DNA of 64,000 nucleotides from NCBI GenBank assembly GCA_964461915.1, contig CAYWVD010000001.1, positions 407,205 through 471,204 of the forward strand, in the 5' to 3' direction. A model generated the notes under the pieces. It was given only the letters and a program-made list of their open reading frames with translations, had not been told where the DNA came from and ran no database searches. The stretch is from an uncultured Candidatus Saccharibacteria bacterium (GTDB lineage: Bacteria; Patescibacteriota; Dojkabacteria; B142; OLB20). Below are positions 18,980-29,206 of this stretch, one piece after another. Made by a program: the position numbers and the translations under genes. The stretch's first letter is position 1. Every line of letters starts with the position of its first letter.

Positions 18980-21900
18980 ATGAATGAAGAACTACGCATA
19001 AAATTTCAAGAATCCTACGATAAACTAAACCCCGCGCAAAAAGATGCAGTAGATACAATTGATGGGCCAGTTATGTTAGTTGCGGGTCCAGGTTCCGGTA
19101 AGACACAGACTATTGCTATGCGTATAGCAAATATCCTTTTGAAAACTCAAATTAATCCTGATAACATTCTCTGTTTGACATTCACAGATTCGGCAGTAAA
19201 TACAATGCGCGAAAGACTTTTGAAGATAATAGGCACAACTGCATATGATATCCGCATTTATACTTTCCATAGTTTTTGTAACGAAGTAATTCAAACACAC
19301 CCAAATAAATTCGGTAATTTAGGCGCAAAGATTGAACCATTAACAGATATTGATAAATTGAAGATCATTCAGGGGATTATTGAAGAACTTCCATATAATT
19401 CAGTATTAAAGCCATTTGGTAATACCCAAACTTATGTTAAAGATATTGAAGTTTTAATTTCCGGGTTTAAAAAAGACAATATTTCAATTGAAACAATTGA
19501 GCGAGCCATCAATTTAAATGTCGATTTTTATGAAAAGACTAAAGATAAGTTCCAAGAATTAAAATCTCTTCATTATACGAAGCTTAACGAATCAGTCTTT
19601 ACTAAATTTTTTATTGAAATTCAAAATCTTGGATATTCCGATTTTGCCTTTGTAAGGCATTTAATCGATCTACAAAAGGGATCAGAAGAACGCAACTATA
19701 CTAAACTCAGGACCGAAATTCACGATCTTTTCAAGAAAAGCTTCTCAACAAATATTACTAGTAAACAAATAGAATTCATCAAGATTTTCGCAAATTATGA
19801 AAGAGCTCTAAAAGATAATGGTAAATACGACTATGACGACATGATCAAAAGCGTTGTGGCAGAATTTTCAAATGATCCCGAATTATTAAGTGAGTACCAA
19901 GAAAAATATCAGTATATTCTGGTAGATGAATTTCAAGATACTAACAACTCGCAAAACGAAGTCCTGAAGTTACTTGGAAGTTTCTGGACAGATCCAAACA
20001 TTTTCGTTGTAGGCGACGATGACCAGTCAATTTTTAGATTCCAAGGCGCTAGCGTTGAAAACATGGCCTCTTTCTATAATACTTATATATCCAAAATCAA
20101 GATTGTAACTTTAACTGAAAACTACCGATCACATCAACTCATATTAGATGCCGCTAGAGGTGTCATTAAATACAATGGTTTGCAGATCGATGAGATTTTG
20201 CCTAATATTAACAAAAAGCTTCATTCGGCAAATCCAGAAAATCTTCCAATACAAAAAATCGATGTTAAAGAATATGTAGACACTCAACACGAGCAAGTTG
20301 ATATCGCAAATGCGATTTATAGTTTACTAGATCGTGGAATCAAAGGTAACCAAATTGCAATTATTCATCGAAATAACGCTGACATCTTAGGTCTATTGCC
20401 AATTTTAAGGGCTAAAGGTATTAAATATCGACTCGAAAAAGGGGAGAACATTTTGAATGATTTCGAAATTAATAAATTACTTAACTTCCTAAGATATTTA
20501 ATCGAGCCTGATGATGAAAATAATCTTTTTGTAATTTTGAATTATGATTTTTTGGATTTGCCACGACTTGATCTTTCACATTTCTTCACTTACGCAACAC
20601 AAAATAGAATACCATTTTCAAAGCTCATAGGTTCACTAGAAGATCTTCAAAAAGCCGGATTAGAACACCCTGAAAAATTTACAGGATTCTTTGATAATTT
20701 ACTAAAGTGGCGTCAAGAAATCTACAACATTGACGGACAATTCTTCTTCAATAAGTTATTGACTGAAACAGGATATATAACCACCCTAGCTAAAAAAGAG
20801 ACATACATTATGTCGATTAGTAAGCTCTCAAGGCTTTACGAAGAATTCAAAAACCTCGCTGGGACAAAAGAAAACTATACGATAATTGAATTTATAAAAG
20901 ATCTGAGCATTTACAAAGAACAAAATATTGAATTGAATGATAAGATTTGGGGCATTGATGGGGAAGATGCAGTTAAAGTAATGACTGCACATGGAGCAAA
21001 GGGCCAAGAATTTCTTTATGTTTTTATTATCAAATGTCAAAGCAGAAATTGGGGTTTAAAGAGGAATCAGGGGAAGATTAAACCTCCGTTTGGACTTTTA
21101 AAAAATCAAACCATTTCTAATGAACTGGATGAAGAGCGAAGGCTTTTCTATGTTGCTTTAACAAGAGCTAAACAATTGGCAACAATCTCATATTCCAAAT
21201 ACAATGAAAAACAAAAGCTCGAAAATCCTTCACAGTTTATAAAAGAAATACCTGCGGAATTTGTAAATTTCGAAGCAATGAAAAATGATGATTACGAAAA
21301 GGCTGAAAACTTTATAGCGCTTGTTAAGACCCAAACCCATCATGATTTTACAGCCGAGTCAAAAAGTTTAGTCCAAAACATGTTGAAAGATTGGAATTTG
21401 AATGTAACTCATATCAATAGCTATCGAAAATGTCCTAGATGTTTCTTCTTCAACAATGTATTAAAAGTCCCGGGGCTTAAGACAAAGAGCGCTGCATTAG
21501 GAAGCGCAATCCATTTTGCATTAAAATCTTTAATTGATAATTTTACCCGTACAGGTAAATTCGAAGAACTCGAAAAGATCCAAGAAGATTTTGCTCGAGC
21601 CTTAAGATATGAAAAGCTTAATGAAGTAGAGTTTATCGACTCATTAAATTTTGGACAAAAATTAATTACAGACTTTTATCAGAATAAAATCAACACAATT
21701 CCAGCAAAAACTTTTGCTGAATATAATTTCAAAAACAGTAAGATTGTTTATGAAGGTATTCCAATTACCGGGAAAATCGATCGAATTGATGGATTTGAGA
21801 ACAATTTATTACGAGTTATTGATTATAAAACAGGCAACCCAGACAATGCAGGGTCAAAACTAAGCGAAGCTAACATGGGTGATTATTTCCTGCAATTAGT

Positions 21901-22165
21901 TTTTTATAAAATCTTAGTAGAAAACTCAAAAATAATGAAGGGCAGTGTCACTGAGGGTGTTATTGAATTCCTCCAGAGGAACTCAAAAGATGAATACACA
22001 GAAAGAAAATTCATATTAACATCAGAACATGTCGCTAAGGCTACCGAATTAATCAAAGAGACTTATGCCAAAATTATGGAATTAGACTTTACAAGAATCA
22101 ACACTGACACTTATAATAACGCTTGTAGCAATCCTGATTTCCATGATTTGCCATGGCCATATTAA
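18980..22165 (+). CDS. UvrD/PcrA-family ATP-dependent DNA helicase fused to a C-terminal PD-(D/E)XK (RecB/Cas4-like) nuclease domain (AddA/AdnB-like)
   Basis: Helicase motifs: Walker A AGPGSGKTQT, motif II VDEFQDTN, motif V TAHGAKGQEF, motif VI YVALTRAK. C-terminus: CPRC..., GKIDRIDG...LLRVIDYKTGN, QLVFYKIL (D..D/EXK + QxxxY), terminal Cys. Confidence 0.8.
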   Translation: MNEELRIKFQESYDKLNPAQKDAVDTIDGPVMLVAGPGSGKTQTIAMRIANILLKTQINPDNILCLTFTDSAVNTMRERLLKIIGTTAYDIRIYTFHSFCNEVIQTHPNKFGNLGAKIEPLTDIDKLKIIQGIIEELPYNSVLKPFGNTQTYVKDIEVLISGFKKDNISIETIERAINLNVDFYEKTKDKFQELKSLHYTKLNESVFTKFFIEIQNLGYSDFAFVRHLIDLQKGSEERNYTKLRTEIHDLFKKSFSTNITSKQIEFIKIFANYERALKDNGKYDYDDMIKSVVAEFSNDPELLSEYQEKYQYILVDEFQDTNNSQNEVLKLLGSFWTDPNIFVVGDDDQSIFRFQGASVENMASFYNTYISKIKIVTLTENYRSHQLILDAARGVIKYNGLQIDEILPNINKKLHSANPENLPIQKIDVKEYVDTQHEQVDIANAIYSLLDRGIKGNQIAIIHRNNADILGLLPILRAKGIKYRLEKGENILNDFEINKLLNFLRYLIEPDDENNLFVILNYDFLDLPRLDLSHFFTYATQNRIPFSKLIGSLEDLQKAGLEHPEKFTGFFDNLLKWRQEIYNIDGQFFFNKLLTETGYITTLAKKETYIMSISKLSRLYEEFKNLAGTKENYTIIEFIKDLSIYKEQNIELNDKIWGIDGEDAVKVMTAHGAKGQEFLYVFIIKCQSRNWGLKRNQGKIKPPFGLLKNQTISNELDEERRLFYVALTRAKQLATISYSKYNEKQKLENPSQFIKEIPAEFVNFEAMKNDDYEKAENFIALVKTQTHHDFTAESKSLVQNMLKDWNLNVTHINSYRKCPRCFFFNNVLKVPGLKTKSAALGSAIHFALKSLIDNFTRTGKFEELEKIQEDFARALRYEKLNEVEFIDSLNFGQKLITDFYQNKINTIPAKTFAEYNFKNSKIVYEGIPITGKIDRIDGFENNLLRVIDYKTGNPDNAGSKLSEANMGDYFLQLVFYKILVENSKIMKGSVTEGVIEFLQRNSKDEYTERKFILTSEHVAKATELIKETYAKIMELDFTRINTDTYNNACSNPDFHDLPWPY

Positions 22166-22181
22166 TTAAATATAAATAATA

Positions 22182-22595
22182 ATGATTAAAGACCCAGTAA
22201 TTATTCAATTTGATGATGATGATAGTTTTTTTACTGTAGTTGAACTTATTGCCTATAACATGGACTTAAAGATAGCTGGTAAAGCCAAAAACATTGAACA
22301 GGCTAGGGGGCTTATTCATAAAATCGAATCCGGCGAACTCAAGCCAGATATTGCAATTATCGCCAATTATTTGGGTAATGGTTTTCAAGATGGAGAATTA
22401 TTAACCAAAAAACTCAAAGCAATTTATCCTTCCATTAAAGTAATTTCGTATGTTACTGATCCAGAAACAAATTGGGGCGATTATTTAGCTATTAAAGGTA
22501 GCAAAGTGCCTTCTCAAACATTAACAATGTCTTTGTGCGAACTTACTGGTAAGGAATTTAAGGCCTCAAACATAAAAGACTCTGAAGGAGCTTAA
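22182..22595 (+). CDS. Stand-alone CheY-like receiver-domain protein, atypical (phospho-acceptor Asp not conserved)
   Basis: Acidic pocket FDDDD, conserved T (SYVTD) and K (AIKGSK) align with CheY, but the position of D57 reads IIANYL (Asn/Ala instead of Asp). Confidence 0.45.
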   Translation: MIKDPVIIQFDDDDSFFTVVELIAYNMDLKIAGKAKNIEQARGLIHKIESGELKPDIAIIANYLGNGFQDGELLTKKLKAIYPSIKVISYVTDPETNWGDYLAIKGSKVPSQTLTMSLCELTGKEFKASNIKDSEGA

Positions 22596-22612
22596 TAGTC
22601 ACTTGTATTTTC

Positions 22613-23617
22613 TTATATCTTGACTATCTTAACTTTTGCTAAGGATTCTAAATCTTTAGCGCCTGTTACGAACATTGCGATTTCCAATTCCTTTTTATAC
22701 TTCATAATCTCTTCATAAACCGCATCCGAAGCTTCTAAAGCAGGTTTTAGTAAAGGCTTTGCAGAACTTGCTAGTTTTGCCCCAAGGGCAATTGATTTTG
22801 CGATGTCGAGTCCTGATCTTACTCCGCCTGAAGAAATCATATTTATATTTTTTAAGTTTTTCAGTTGAATCAGGGATTCAGTTGTCTCTATTCCCATTTC
22901 TTCAAAAGCAAATCCTATATTATCTTCTCGTCTAAAACTTTCTACCGAAGTCCAACTTGTTCCACCAAGTCCGGCGACATCGATCCATTGGATCCCAATT
23001 TCAGAAAGACTTTTTGCGGTTTCAAAATCAATTCCGGATCCTACCTCTTTAATAAAAACAGGTTTCTTAATTTGAGGAAGAATTTGCTTAAGTTTACTAA
23101 TTAAATCTTTGAAATTTGTATCGCCTTCGGGTTGAATGGCTTCTTGCAAGTGATTAATATGCAAAAATATCCCATCAGCTTCGATAGAATCTATCAATTT
23201 ATTGATCTCTTTTACTCCATAACCATAATTCAATTGAACCAATCCCATATTTGCAAGTAGAGGAACACTTGGACAATATTCCCTGACATCAAAACTCGAA
23301 AAAGTTGAAGGGTCTTTTAAAATTGCCCTCATTGAACCTAAGGCTAAAGCAACCTTGGCTTTTTCTGCAGCGATCGCTAAGTTTTTATTGATGTCTTTAG
23401 CCTTATCAGCTCCACCAGTCATCGAAGCGATCAAAAATGGGAATGAAAGATTTTTCCCTAAAAAAATAGTTTCAGTAGAAATTTCACTTTTATCAATTTC
23501 AGGTAAGGCTTTATATGCTAATCTATATTTTTTGAAAGAAGATTCTATAGGTTCAACTTTTTCTTCTAAAACAATTTTTATATGTTGGACCTTTCTATCA
23601 GAAATTATTTGTTTCAC
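22613..23617 (-). CDS. fni: Isopentenyl-diphosphate delta-isomerase, type 2 (FMN-dependent)
   Basis: TIM-barrel IDI-2 signatures (FPFLIASMTGG; GVRSGLDIAKSIALGA); 334 aa. Confidence 0.85.
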   Translation of the reverse strand: MKQIISDRKVQHIKIVLEEKVEPIESSFKKYRLAYKALPEIDKSEISTETIFLGKNLSFPFLIASMTGGADKAKDINKNLAIAAEKAKVALALGSMRAILKDPSTFSSFDVREYCPSVPLLANMGLVQLNYGYGVKEINKLIDSIEADGIFLHINHLQEAIQPEGDTNFKDLISKLKQILPQIKKPVFIKEVGSGIDFETAKSLSEIGIQWIDVAGLGGTSWTSVESFRREDNIGFAFEEMGIETTESLIQLKNLKNINMISSGGVRSGLDIAKSIALGAKLASSAKPLLKPALEASDAVYEEIMKYKKELEIAMFVTGAKDLESLAKVKIVKI

Positions 23618-23715
23618 TTTTCGTTAATATAATCATTAGTTTAATCAACCGTTATTATATCATTTTATTTAGTGCAAAATTTGCTAGAATAGTATTTGAG
23701 TATTATTAATAAGCT

Positions 23716-24813
23716 ATGATCCTCTTTCACAATATAATTACTTTTGTTCTCATATCTACGATACTTTCAGGGCTACTTGCTATCCCAATAATAAGTCTGC
23801 TTTATCATTTTCGAGTAATTCGCAAAATTGAGGTCGATTTTTCCACCCTCATAGAAGAGAGAAAGGATAAATACGGAACCCCCATCATGGGAGGATTGAT
23901 TTTTGTAATAGCTATTTGTGTAATTAATCTGATATTTAATTTAAACATTTATACAGAAATTCCTTTGTATCTTTTTGCCGCGTCCGCATTACTAGGGGCG
24001 ATAGATGATCTTTTAAATATCTTTGGTCAACCTCGAAAGATTAAAACCCTTAGTAGAGTATTAAAACTAATCAAAGTGCACAAAAGTATTGTTGTAAGGA
24101 TCTTCTATCTAATTACTCTCCCATGGCATCTCTTCTCAGCATTTATGCATATGTTCGAATCGAATCCGGGTAATGGTTTAAGAGCCCACGAAAAGATCTT
24201 GATCCAAACACTAATTGGAGGGATCTTGGGATTATGGGTATATAAAGTTATTGGAGGGATTCTTTGGATTCCAATATTAGGAACCTTTGATGTAGGTTTA
24301 TGGATAATTCCAATTACTATCTTTATTTACATGGCCACCACCAATGCAACTAATATTAGCGATGGAATGGATGGATTAGCCTCTGGTATGGGTGTGATAA
24401 CCATACTTTCCGTCATGTTGATAGCGACTTTTTCATTTAATTATCCAATTGCATTACTTGCAGGATCATCGGTGGGAGCATTAATAACATATCTTTACTT
24501 CAATATTAAACCCGCTAGGGTACAGATGGGAGACACCGGATCCTTTGCTCTTGGCGCTTTAATTACAATATTATTCTTTGCCATAGGCAAACCACTTTTG
24601 ATCTTGATCGCCGGATTCCCTTTTGTAGTAGAGATATCCAGCACAATAATCCAAAGCATCTCTCGAAGGCTTTTTGGCAAAAGGATTCTACAAATGGCTC
24701 CTCTTCATCATCATTTTGAAATGGTCGGCTGGAGCGAAGACAAAGTAGTCGTAAGATTTTGGATTTTCTCCATCGCTTGTAACCTTATCGCACTTTGGTT
24801 ATCATTTTTTTAA
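23716..24813 (+). CDS. mraY: Phospho-N-acetylmuramoyl-pentapeptide transferase
   Basis: GT4 polyprenyl-phosphate sugar-phosphotransferase motifs NATNISDGMDGLASG and MGDTGSFALGAL; 10 TM; located away from the dcw cluster. Confidence 0.8.
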   Translation: MILFHNIITFVLISTILSGLLAIPIISLLYHFRVIRKIEVDFSTLIEERKDKYGTPIMGGLIFVIAICVINLIFNLNIYTEIPLYLFAASALLGAIDDLLNIFGQPRKIKTLSRVLKLIKVHKSIVVRIFYLITLPWHLFSAFMHMFESNPGNGLRAHEKILIQTLIGGILGLWVYKVIGGILWIPILGTFDVGLWIIPITIFIYMATTNATNISDGMDGLASGMGVITILSVMLIATFSFNYPIALLAGSSVGALITYLYFNIKPARVQMGDTGSFALGALITILFFAIGKPLLILIAGFPFVVEISSTIIQSISRRLFGKRILQMAPLHHHFEMVGWSEDKVVVRFWIFSIACNLIALWLSFF

Positions 24814-24871
24814 GTTGATATTCTGAGTGTTTTTCCATATAATCAATATGTTCTTTAAAACTAATGGAAGT

Positions 24872-24947
24872 GCCTAGGTAGCTCAGCTGGTAGAGCACAC
24901 GACTGAAAATCGTGGTGTCGCCGGTTCAAGCCCGGCCCTGGGCACCA
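24872..24947 (+). tRNA. tRNA-Phe (GAA)
   Basis: Cloverleaf folded by hand: acceptor GCCTAGG/CCTGGGC (one G-U), D arm GCTC/GAGC, anticodon stem CACGA/TCGTG with loop CTGAAAA, T arm GCCGG-TTCAAGC-CCGGC, encoded CCA. Confidence 0.85.
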
Positions 24948-24971
24948 TTAGTTTTTTAAAGTCTTTAAAAA

Positions 24972-25048
24972 GGACGCCTAGCTCAGCTGGCTAGAGCAAT
25001 TCATTTACACTGAATAGGTCAGAGGTTCGAATCCTCTGGCGTCCACCA
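24972..25048 (+). tRNA. tRNA-Val (TAC)
   Basis: Acceptor GGACGCC/GGCGTCC, anticodon stem ATTCA/TGAAT with loop TTTACAC, T arm AGAGG-TTCGAAT-CCTCT, encoded CCA. Confidence 0.85.
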
Positions 25049-25157
25049 ATTCTCATTTTCAAAGCCTCTTTTCAGAAAACCCATTTATATATATCGTATA
25101 TATCTTTTTGCCCTAGTTAACCTATTAATTAATAAATTTTTAAGGTATAATTTATCC

Positions 25158-25949
25158 ATGGATCACGAATTTAAAAAACAATTTGGACAAAACTTTTTAG
25201 AGAATTTTCCCAAAATTATTGAGATTTGCGACATAGCAGATATTCAAGAAGGGGAGAATATTATTGAAATAGGCCCGGGAGATGGAGCCTTTACTGAAGA
25301 AATTATAAATCGTAAAGCCAATCTCCTCGCTATTGAGATAGATCCAAGCTTAGTAAAGTATCTTAGAGAGAAGTTCATTCAATACAAAAATTTTGAGATT
25401 ATTGAAAATGACATACTGCAAATTGATCCATCAACTCTAAATCCTAAAAAACAATACAAACTAATATCTGCACTGCCATATAACATTTCGAAAAAGATAA
25501 TTAATCAATTTTTAACTTCAAAAAATCCGCCAACCACGATGACATTGATTATGCAAAAAGAGGTTGCCGAAGACTATGCAAACACAAAAAAAGGGCAAAT
25601 TAAGTTTTTACACATTTTGGGTAAAACATATTCCAAAGATGTCGAATATTTTGGAGCAATACGAAAAGAAGACTTTTACCCCCAGCCTAAAGTTGATGGC
25701 GGCGTGGTCAAATTTTCAGATATTAAAGCGCAAATCCCAAATCCCGAGGGCTTTTTAAAATTTGTTAAACTTGGATTTTCAGCTCCCCGTAAAAAACTTA
25801 GCAGCAATTTATCAAACATCTACAAGAATAAAAAAGATGAAATCGAAAAAATCTTGACCAATCTAGACTTAAGTAAAGACAGTAGGGCAGGGGAATTGCA
25901 ATTTGCTGAATGGTACAAACTCTATAAAAATTTTACAAATGCTCGCTAA
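25158..25949 (+). CDS. rsmA: 16S rRNA (adenine1518/1519-N6)-dimethyltransferase
   Basis: KsgA N-terminus FGQNFL and SAM motif IIEIGPGDGAFT; possible -10 GGTATAAT ~25146. Confidence 0.85.
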   Translation: MDHEFKKQFGQNFLENFPKIIEICDIADIQEGENIIEIGPGDGAFTEEIINRKANLLAIEIDPSLVKYLREKFIQYKNFEIIENDILQIDPSTLNPKKQYKLISALPYNISKKIINQFLTSKNPPTTMTLIMQKEVAEDYANTKKGQIKFLHILGKTYSKDVEYFGAIRKEDFYPQPKVDGGVVKFSDIKAQIPNPEGFLKFVKLGFSAPRKKLSSNLSNIYKNKKDEIEKILTNLDLSKDSRAGELQFAEWYKLYKNFTNAR

Positions 25950-27090
25950 ACTAACTATAAAAAATAGTAAAAGGTCTTGGGAGATCAAGACAAAGCACGG
26001 GGTTATTAAAACCCCGATATTTATGCCTGACGCTACTTACGGAGCTATCACGACTCTTAGCACAGACGATCTGCTAAATTTAGAAATTGAAGCCTTGGTC
26101 ACAACCACCCTTCATATCGATCAAAAGATCGGAAGTGATTTTTTGCAAAAGTATGGTGGGATCAATGAATTTATGAAGTGGGAAAAACCAATTTTATCTG
26201 ATTCAGGTGGATACCAAGTTTTTTCCTTGATACACAGGAACAAAGACAAGGACAATCTCATAACTGATGCCGGCTGTTCATTCAAATCATCTAAGGATGG
26301 GAAATTCAGCTTTTTAAGTCCCGAGATTTCTCAACAAATCCAACACAAAATGGGCACAGACATTAGGGTAGTTTTAGATGAACCAATAATTGGAGATGAT
26401 TCAATTGCATCAATTAAAAAGTCAGTTAAAAGGACTACTGAATGGGCAAAAAGGTCAAAAGCGGAATTCTTAAAATTATTAAATATCACTGAAAAAGAGT
26501 TTAACGATCCTGAATATGAAAGGCCATTATTGGCCGCAGTGATTCAGGGTGGCAACAATTTTAAATATAGAAAAATAAGCGCTGAGCAACTTATTGAAAT
26601 TGGCTTTGATATTTACTGTTTTGGAGGTATCCCGGTGCATAATCAATATTCGTGGAAAAATGACGCTCCAAAGGGTTTTTATCACGAGTTGATAGCATAT
26701 GTCGCAGGACTAATCCCTGTCGATAAAATCAGATATGCTTTAGGCGTTGGCAGCCCAGATGATATTGAATTTGCAATTAAGTGTGGATGGGATGTTTTTG
26801 ATTGCGTTCTACCTACGAGGAATGCCCGCCATAGTTTTTTATATGTTCACAAAGGCGAAGGCGACGCTGAATATAGATTTTACGATGTTCTTCATATTAA
26901 AAATCAAATATATAAATTTGATAAAAAACCAATCGATTCAAAATGTGATTGTTTGACCTGTAAAACCATCGACCGAGCATACCTTAGATATCTTCTAAAA
27001 ACAAAGAACCCTACAGGGTTTAGATATGCTACAATTCATAATCTAAGGTTTTATCAACAATTTATTTCCCAAATTAAAAAAGATGCCTAA
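25939..27090 (+). CDS. tgt: Queuine tRNA-ribosyltransferase
   Basis: TIM-barrel Tgt with Zn site (CDCLTCKT...H) and LPTRNARHS. The ORF-track start 25903 overlaps ksgA; the internal ATG at ~25939 is the more likely start. Confidence 0.85.
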   Translation: MLAKLTIKNSKRSWEIKTKHGVIKTPIFMPDATYGAITTLSTDDLLNLEIEALVTTTLHIDQKIGSDFLQKYGGINEFMKWEKPILSDSGGYQVFSLIHRNKDKDNLITDAGCSFKSSKDGKFSFLSPEISQQIQHKMGTDIRVVLDEPIIGDDSIASIKKSVKRTTEWAKRSKAEFLKLLNITEKEFNDPEYERPLLAAVIQGGNNFKYRKISAEQLIEIGFDIYCFGGIPVHNQYSWKNDAPKGFYHELIAYVAGLIPVDKIRYALGVGSPDDIEFAIKCGWDVFDCVLPTRNARHSFLYVHKGEGDAEYRFYDVLHIKNQIYKFDKKPIDSKCDCLTCKTIDRAYLRYLLKTKNPTGFRYATIHNLRFYQQFISQIKKDA

Positions 27091-29200
27091 ATTCAACTTA
27101 GTATCAAAATTCAAACCATCCGAGCCTCAAAAAAAAGTTATTGAAAATATGACAGAAGGCCTAAAAGCCGGATTCAAAGATCAGACACTAATCGGGATAA
27201 CTGGGTCGGGTAAAACTTTTGTGATGGCTAATATTATTGAGAAGATAAATAAACCGACATTGATATTAGCTCATAATAAAACTTTGGCAGCACAGTTATT
27301 TGCTGAATTTAAATCATTTTTTCCCAATAACAGTGTTAAATACTTCATATCCTATTACGATTATTATCAGCCCGAAGCCTATATCCCCAAAAGGGACTTA
27401 TATATTGAAAAAGAATCTGAGGTCAATAAAACTATAGAGAAATATCGAAATGCAGCCACTCAATCTTTACTTACTCGAAACGATACGATCATAATTGCTT
27501 CAGTTTCTTGTATTTATGGCCTGGGAGACCCTGATAACTACGAAGAGCTGGCAAGAGAAATTCATGTAGGTGATAAATATAGTCGAGAGAAGTTTTTAAG
27601 ACATTTATCAGATATGCAATTTGAAAGGACCACAACAGAATTTGTATCCGGAACATACAGAGTAAGAGGTGATAATGTTGAAATATATCTAACATCAAGC
27701 GACGAGGCTGTTAGAGTTGAATATTTTGGTGATGAAATTGAAGCTATCAAAATAATCAGTCCAATAACTGCAGAGATCTTTGATAAACCGGAATCTATTA
27801 AGATCTTTCCTGCAAAACATTTTGTAACACCTTATGAAAAATTAAACGGAATAATGCCAACCATTGCCAAAGATTTAGATCAAGAAGTTGGCGCTTTTCA
27901 AAAAAAGAATAAGTTAATTGAATCATATAGACTAGAACAAAGAGTCAAGTTCGATCTCGAGATGATGGCTGAAACCGGCTACTGCACTGGCATCGAAAAC
28001 TACTCTCGGTATTTAGATAATAGAGAAATTGGGTCGCCCCCATCAACACTATTAGATTATTTCCCAGATGATTGGCTATTATTCGTTGACGAATCTCATA
28101 TCTCATTACCTCAAGTGAGAGGTATGTATAATGGTGACCGGATGCGAAAAGAAACTTTAGTTAACTTCGGATTCCGATTGAAAGCAGCCCTCGATAATAG
28201 GCCTTTAAAATTTGAAGAATTTCAAAGAAGAGTTAACCAAGTTATTTATACTTCGGCCACTCCTTCGGAATACGAACTTAAAAGGAGCACAAACAACCCA
28301 ATAAAAACAACCGAAGGCGATTTTTATAATGGACTTTCCGAACTTATTATCCGTCCAACTGGACTTCTTGACCCCAAAATCGATATTCGACCAATTGATC
28401 AGGATTCATTTAAATCTTTGAAGGCGGATATATTATTAAATAAGTACAATGATATGACAATTGCGAAGCTTGATTCGTATCCTAATAATCAAGTCGATGA
28501 TCTAATAAATGAAATCAAAAAAACAGTTGAGAAGGGCGAAAGGGTTTTAGTTACTACTCTAACAAAAAGGATGTCAGAGGATTTGGCCGGATATCTAACA
28601 CAGATAGGCATAAAAGTAACATACATCCATTCTGATATTGATTCAATAAAAAGAGTAGAAATACTCAATAATCTTCGACTAGGAAAATTTGACTGTCTGA
28701 TAGGAATCAATCTATTAAGAGAAGGACTTGATCTACCAGAAGTTTCCTTAGTAGCAATTTTAGACGCCGATAAAGAAGGGTTTTTAAGATCAAAAACATC
28801 TCTTGTTCAGACAATGGGAAGAGCCGCAAGGCATATCCATGGTCATGTAATCATGTATGCATCTCATATTACCGAGAGTATGAAATTTGCAACTGATTTA
28901 ACGAGAGAAAGAAGACTTGTGCAAGACGAATACAACAAAAAACACGGTATCATTCCCACAGGAATCCAAAAAGATATCATGGAAGGCCTAAAAGTAGCGG
29001 ATGAAGAAGCCGATAAAGAAAAAGAGAAAGAAGTCCTATCGCTATTTAAAAGGGCTGAAATGTATCCAGTGCTCGAAAAAGATGCTCAAAAGTTATTACT
29101 TAAAGAGATCGAGCTACAGATGGAACTCTATTCAGAAATGCTAGAATTCGAAAAAGCAGCCGAATGTAGAGACTTATTGATAAAACTCAAAGGGAACTAA
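27083..29200 (+). CDS. uvrB: Excinuclease ABC subunit B
   Basis: N-terminus FNLVSKFKPSEPQKKVIENM...LIGITGSGKTF, helicase motifs, C-terminal UvrB/UvrC-interaction coiled coil. Confidence 0.9.
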   Translation: MPKFNLVSKFKPSEPQKKVIENMTEGLKAGFKDQTLIGITGSGKTFVMANIIEKINKPTLILAHNKTLAAQLFAEFKSFFPNNSVKYFISYYDYYQPEAYIPKRDLYIEKESEVNKTIEKYRNAATQSLLTRNDTIIIASVSCIYGLGDPDNYEELAREIHVGDKYSREKFLRHLSDMQFERTTTEFVSGTYRVRGDNVEIYLTSSDEAVRVEYFGDEIEAIKIISPITAEIFDKPESIKIFPAKHFVTPYEKLNGIMPTIAKDLDQEVGAFQKKNKLIESYRLEQRVKFDLEMMAETGYCTGIENYSRYLDNREIGSPPSTLLDYFPDDWLLFVDESHISLPQVRGMYNGDRMRKETLVNFGFRLKAALDNRPLKFEEFQRRVNQVIYTSATPSEYELKRSTNNPIKTTEGDFYNGLSELIIRPTGLLDPKIDIRPIDQDSFKSLKADILLNKYNDMTIAKLDSYPNNQVDDLINEIKKTVEKGERVLVTTLTKRMSEDLAGYLTQIGIKVTYIHSDIDSIKRVEILNNLRLGKFDCLIGINLLREGLDLPEVSLVAILDADKEGFLRSKTSLVQTMGRAARHIHGHVIMYASHITESMKFATDLTRERRLVQDEYNKKHGIIPTGIQKDIMEGLKVADEEADKEKEKEVLSLFKRAEMYPVLEKDAQKLLLKEIELQMELYSEMLEFEKAAECRDLLIKLKGN

Positions 29201-29206
29201 TTAAAA

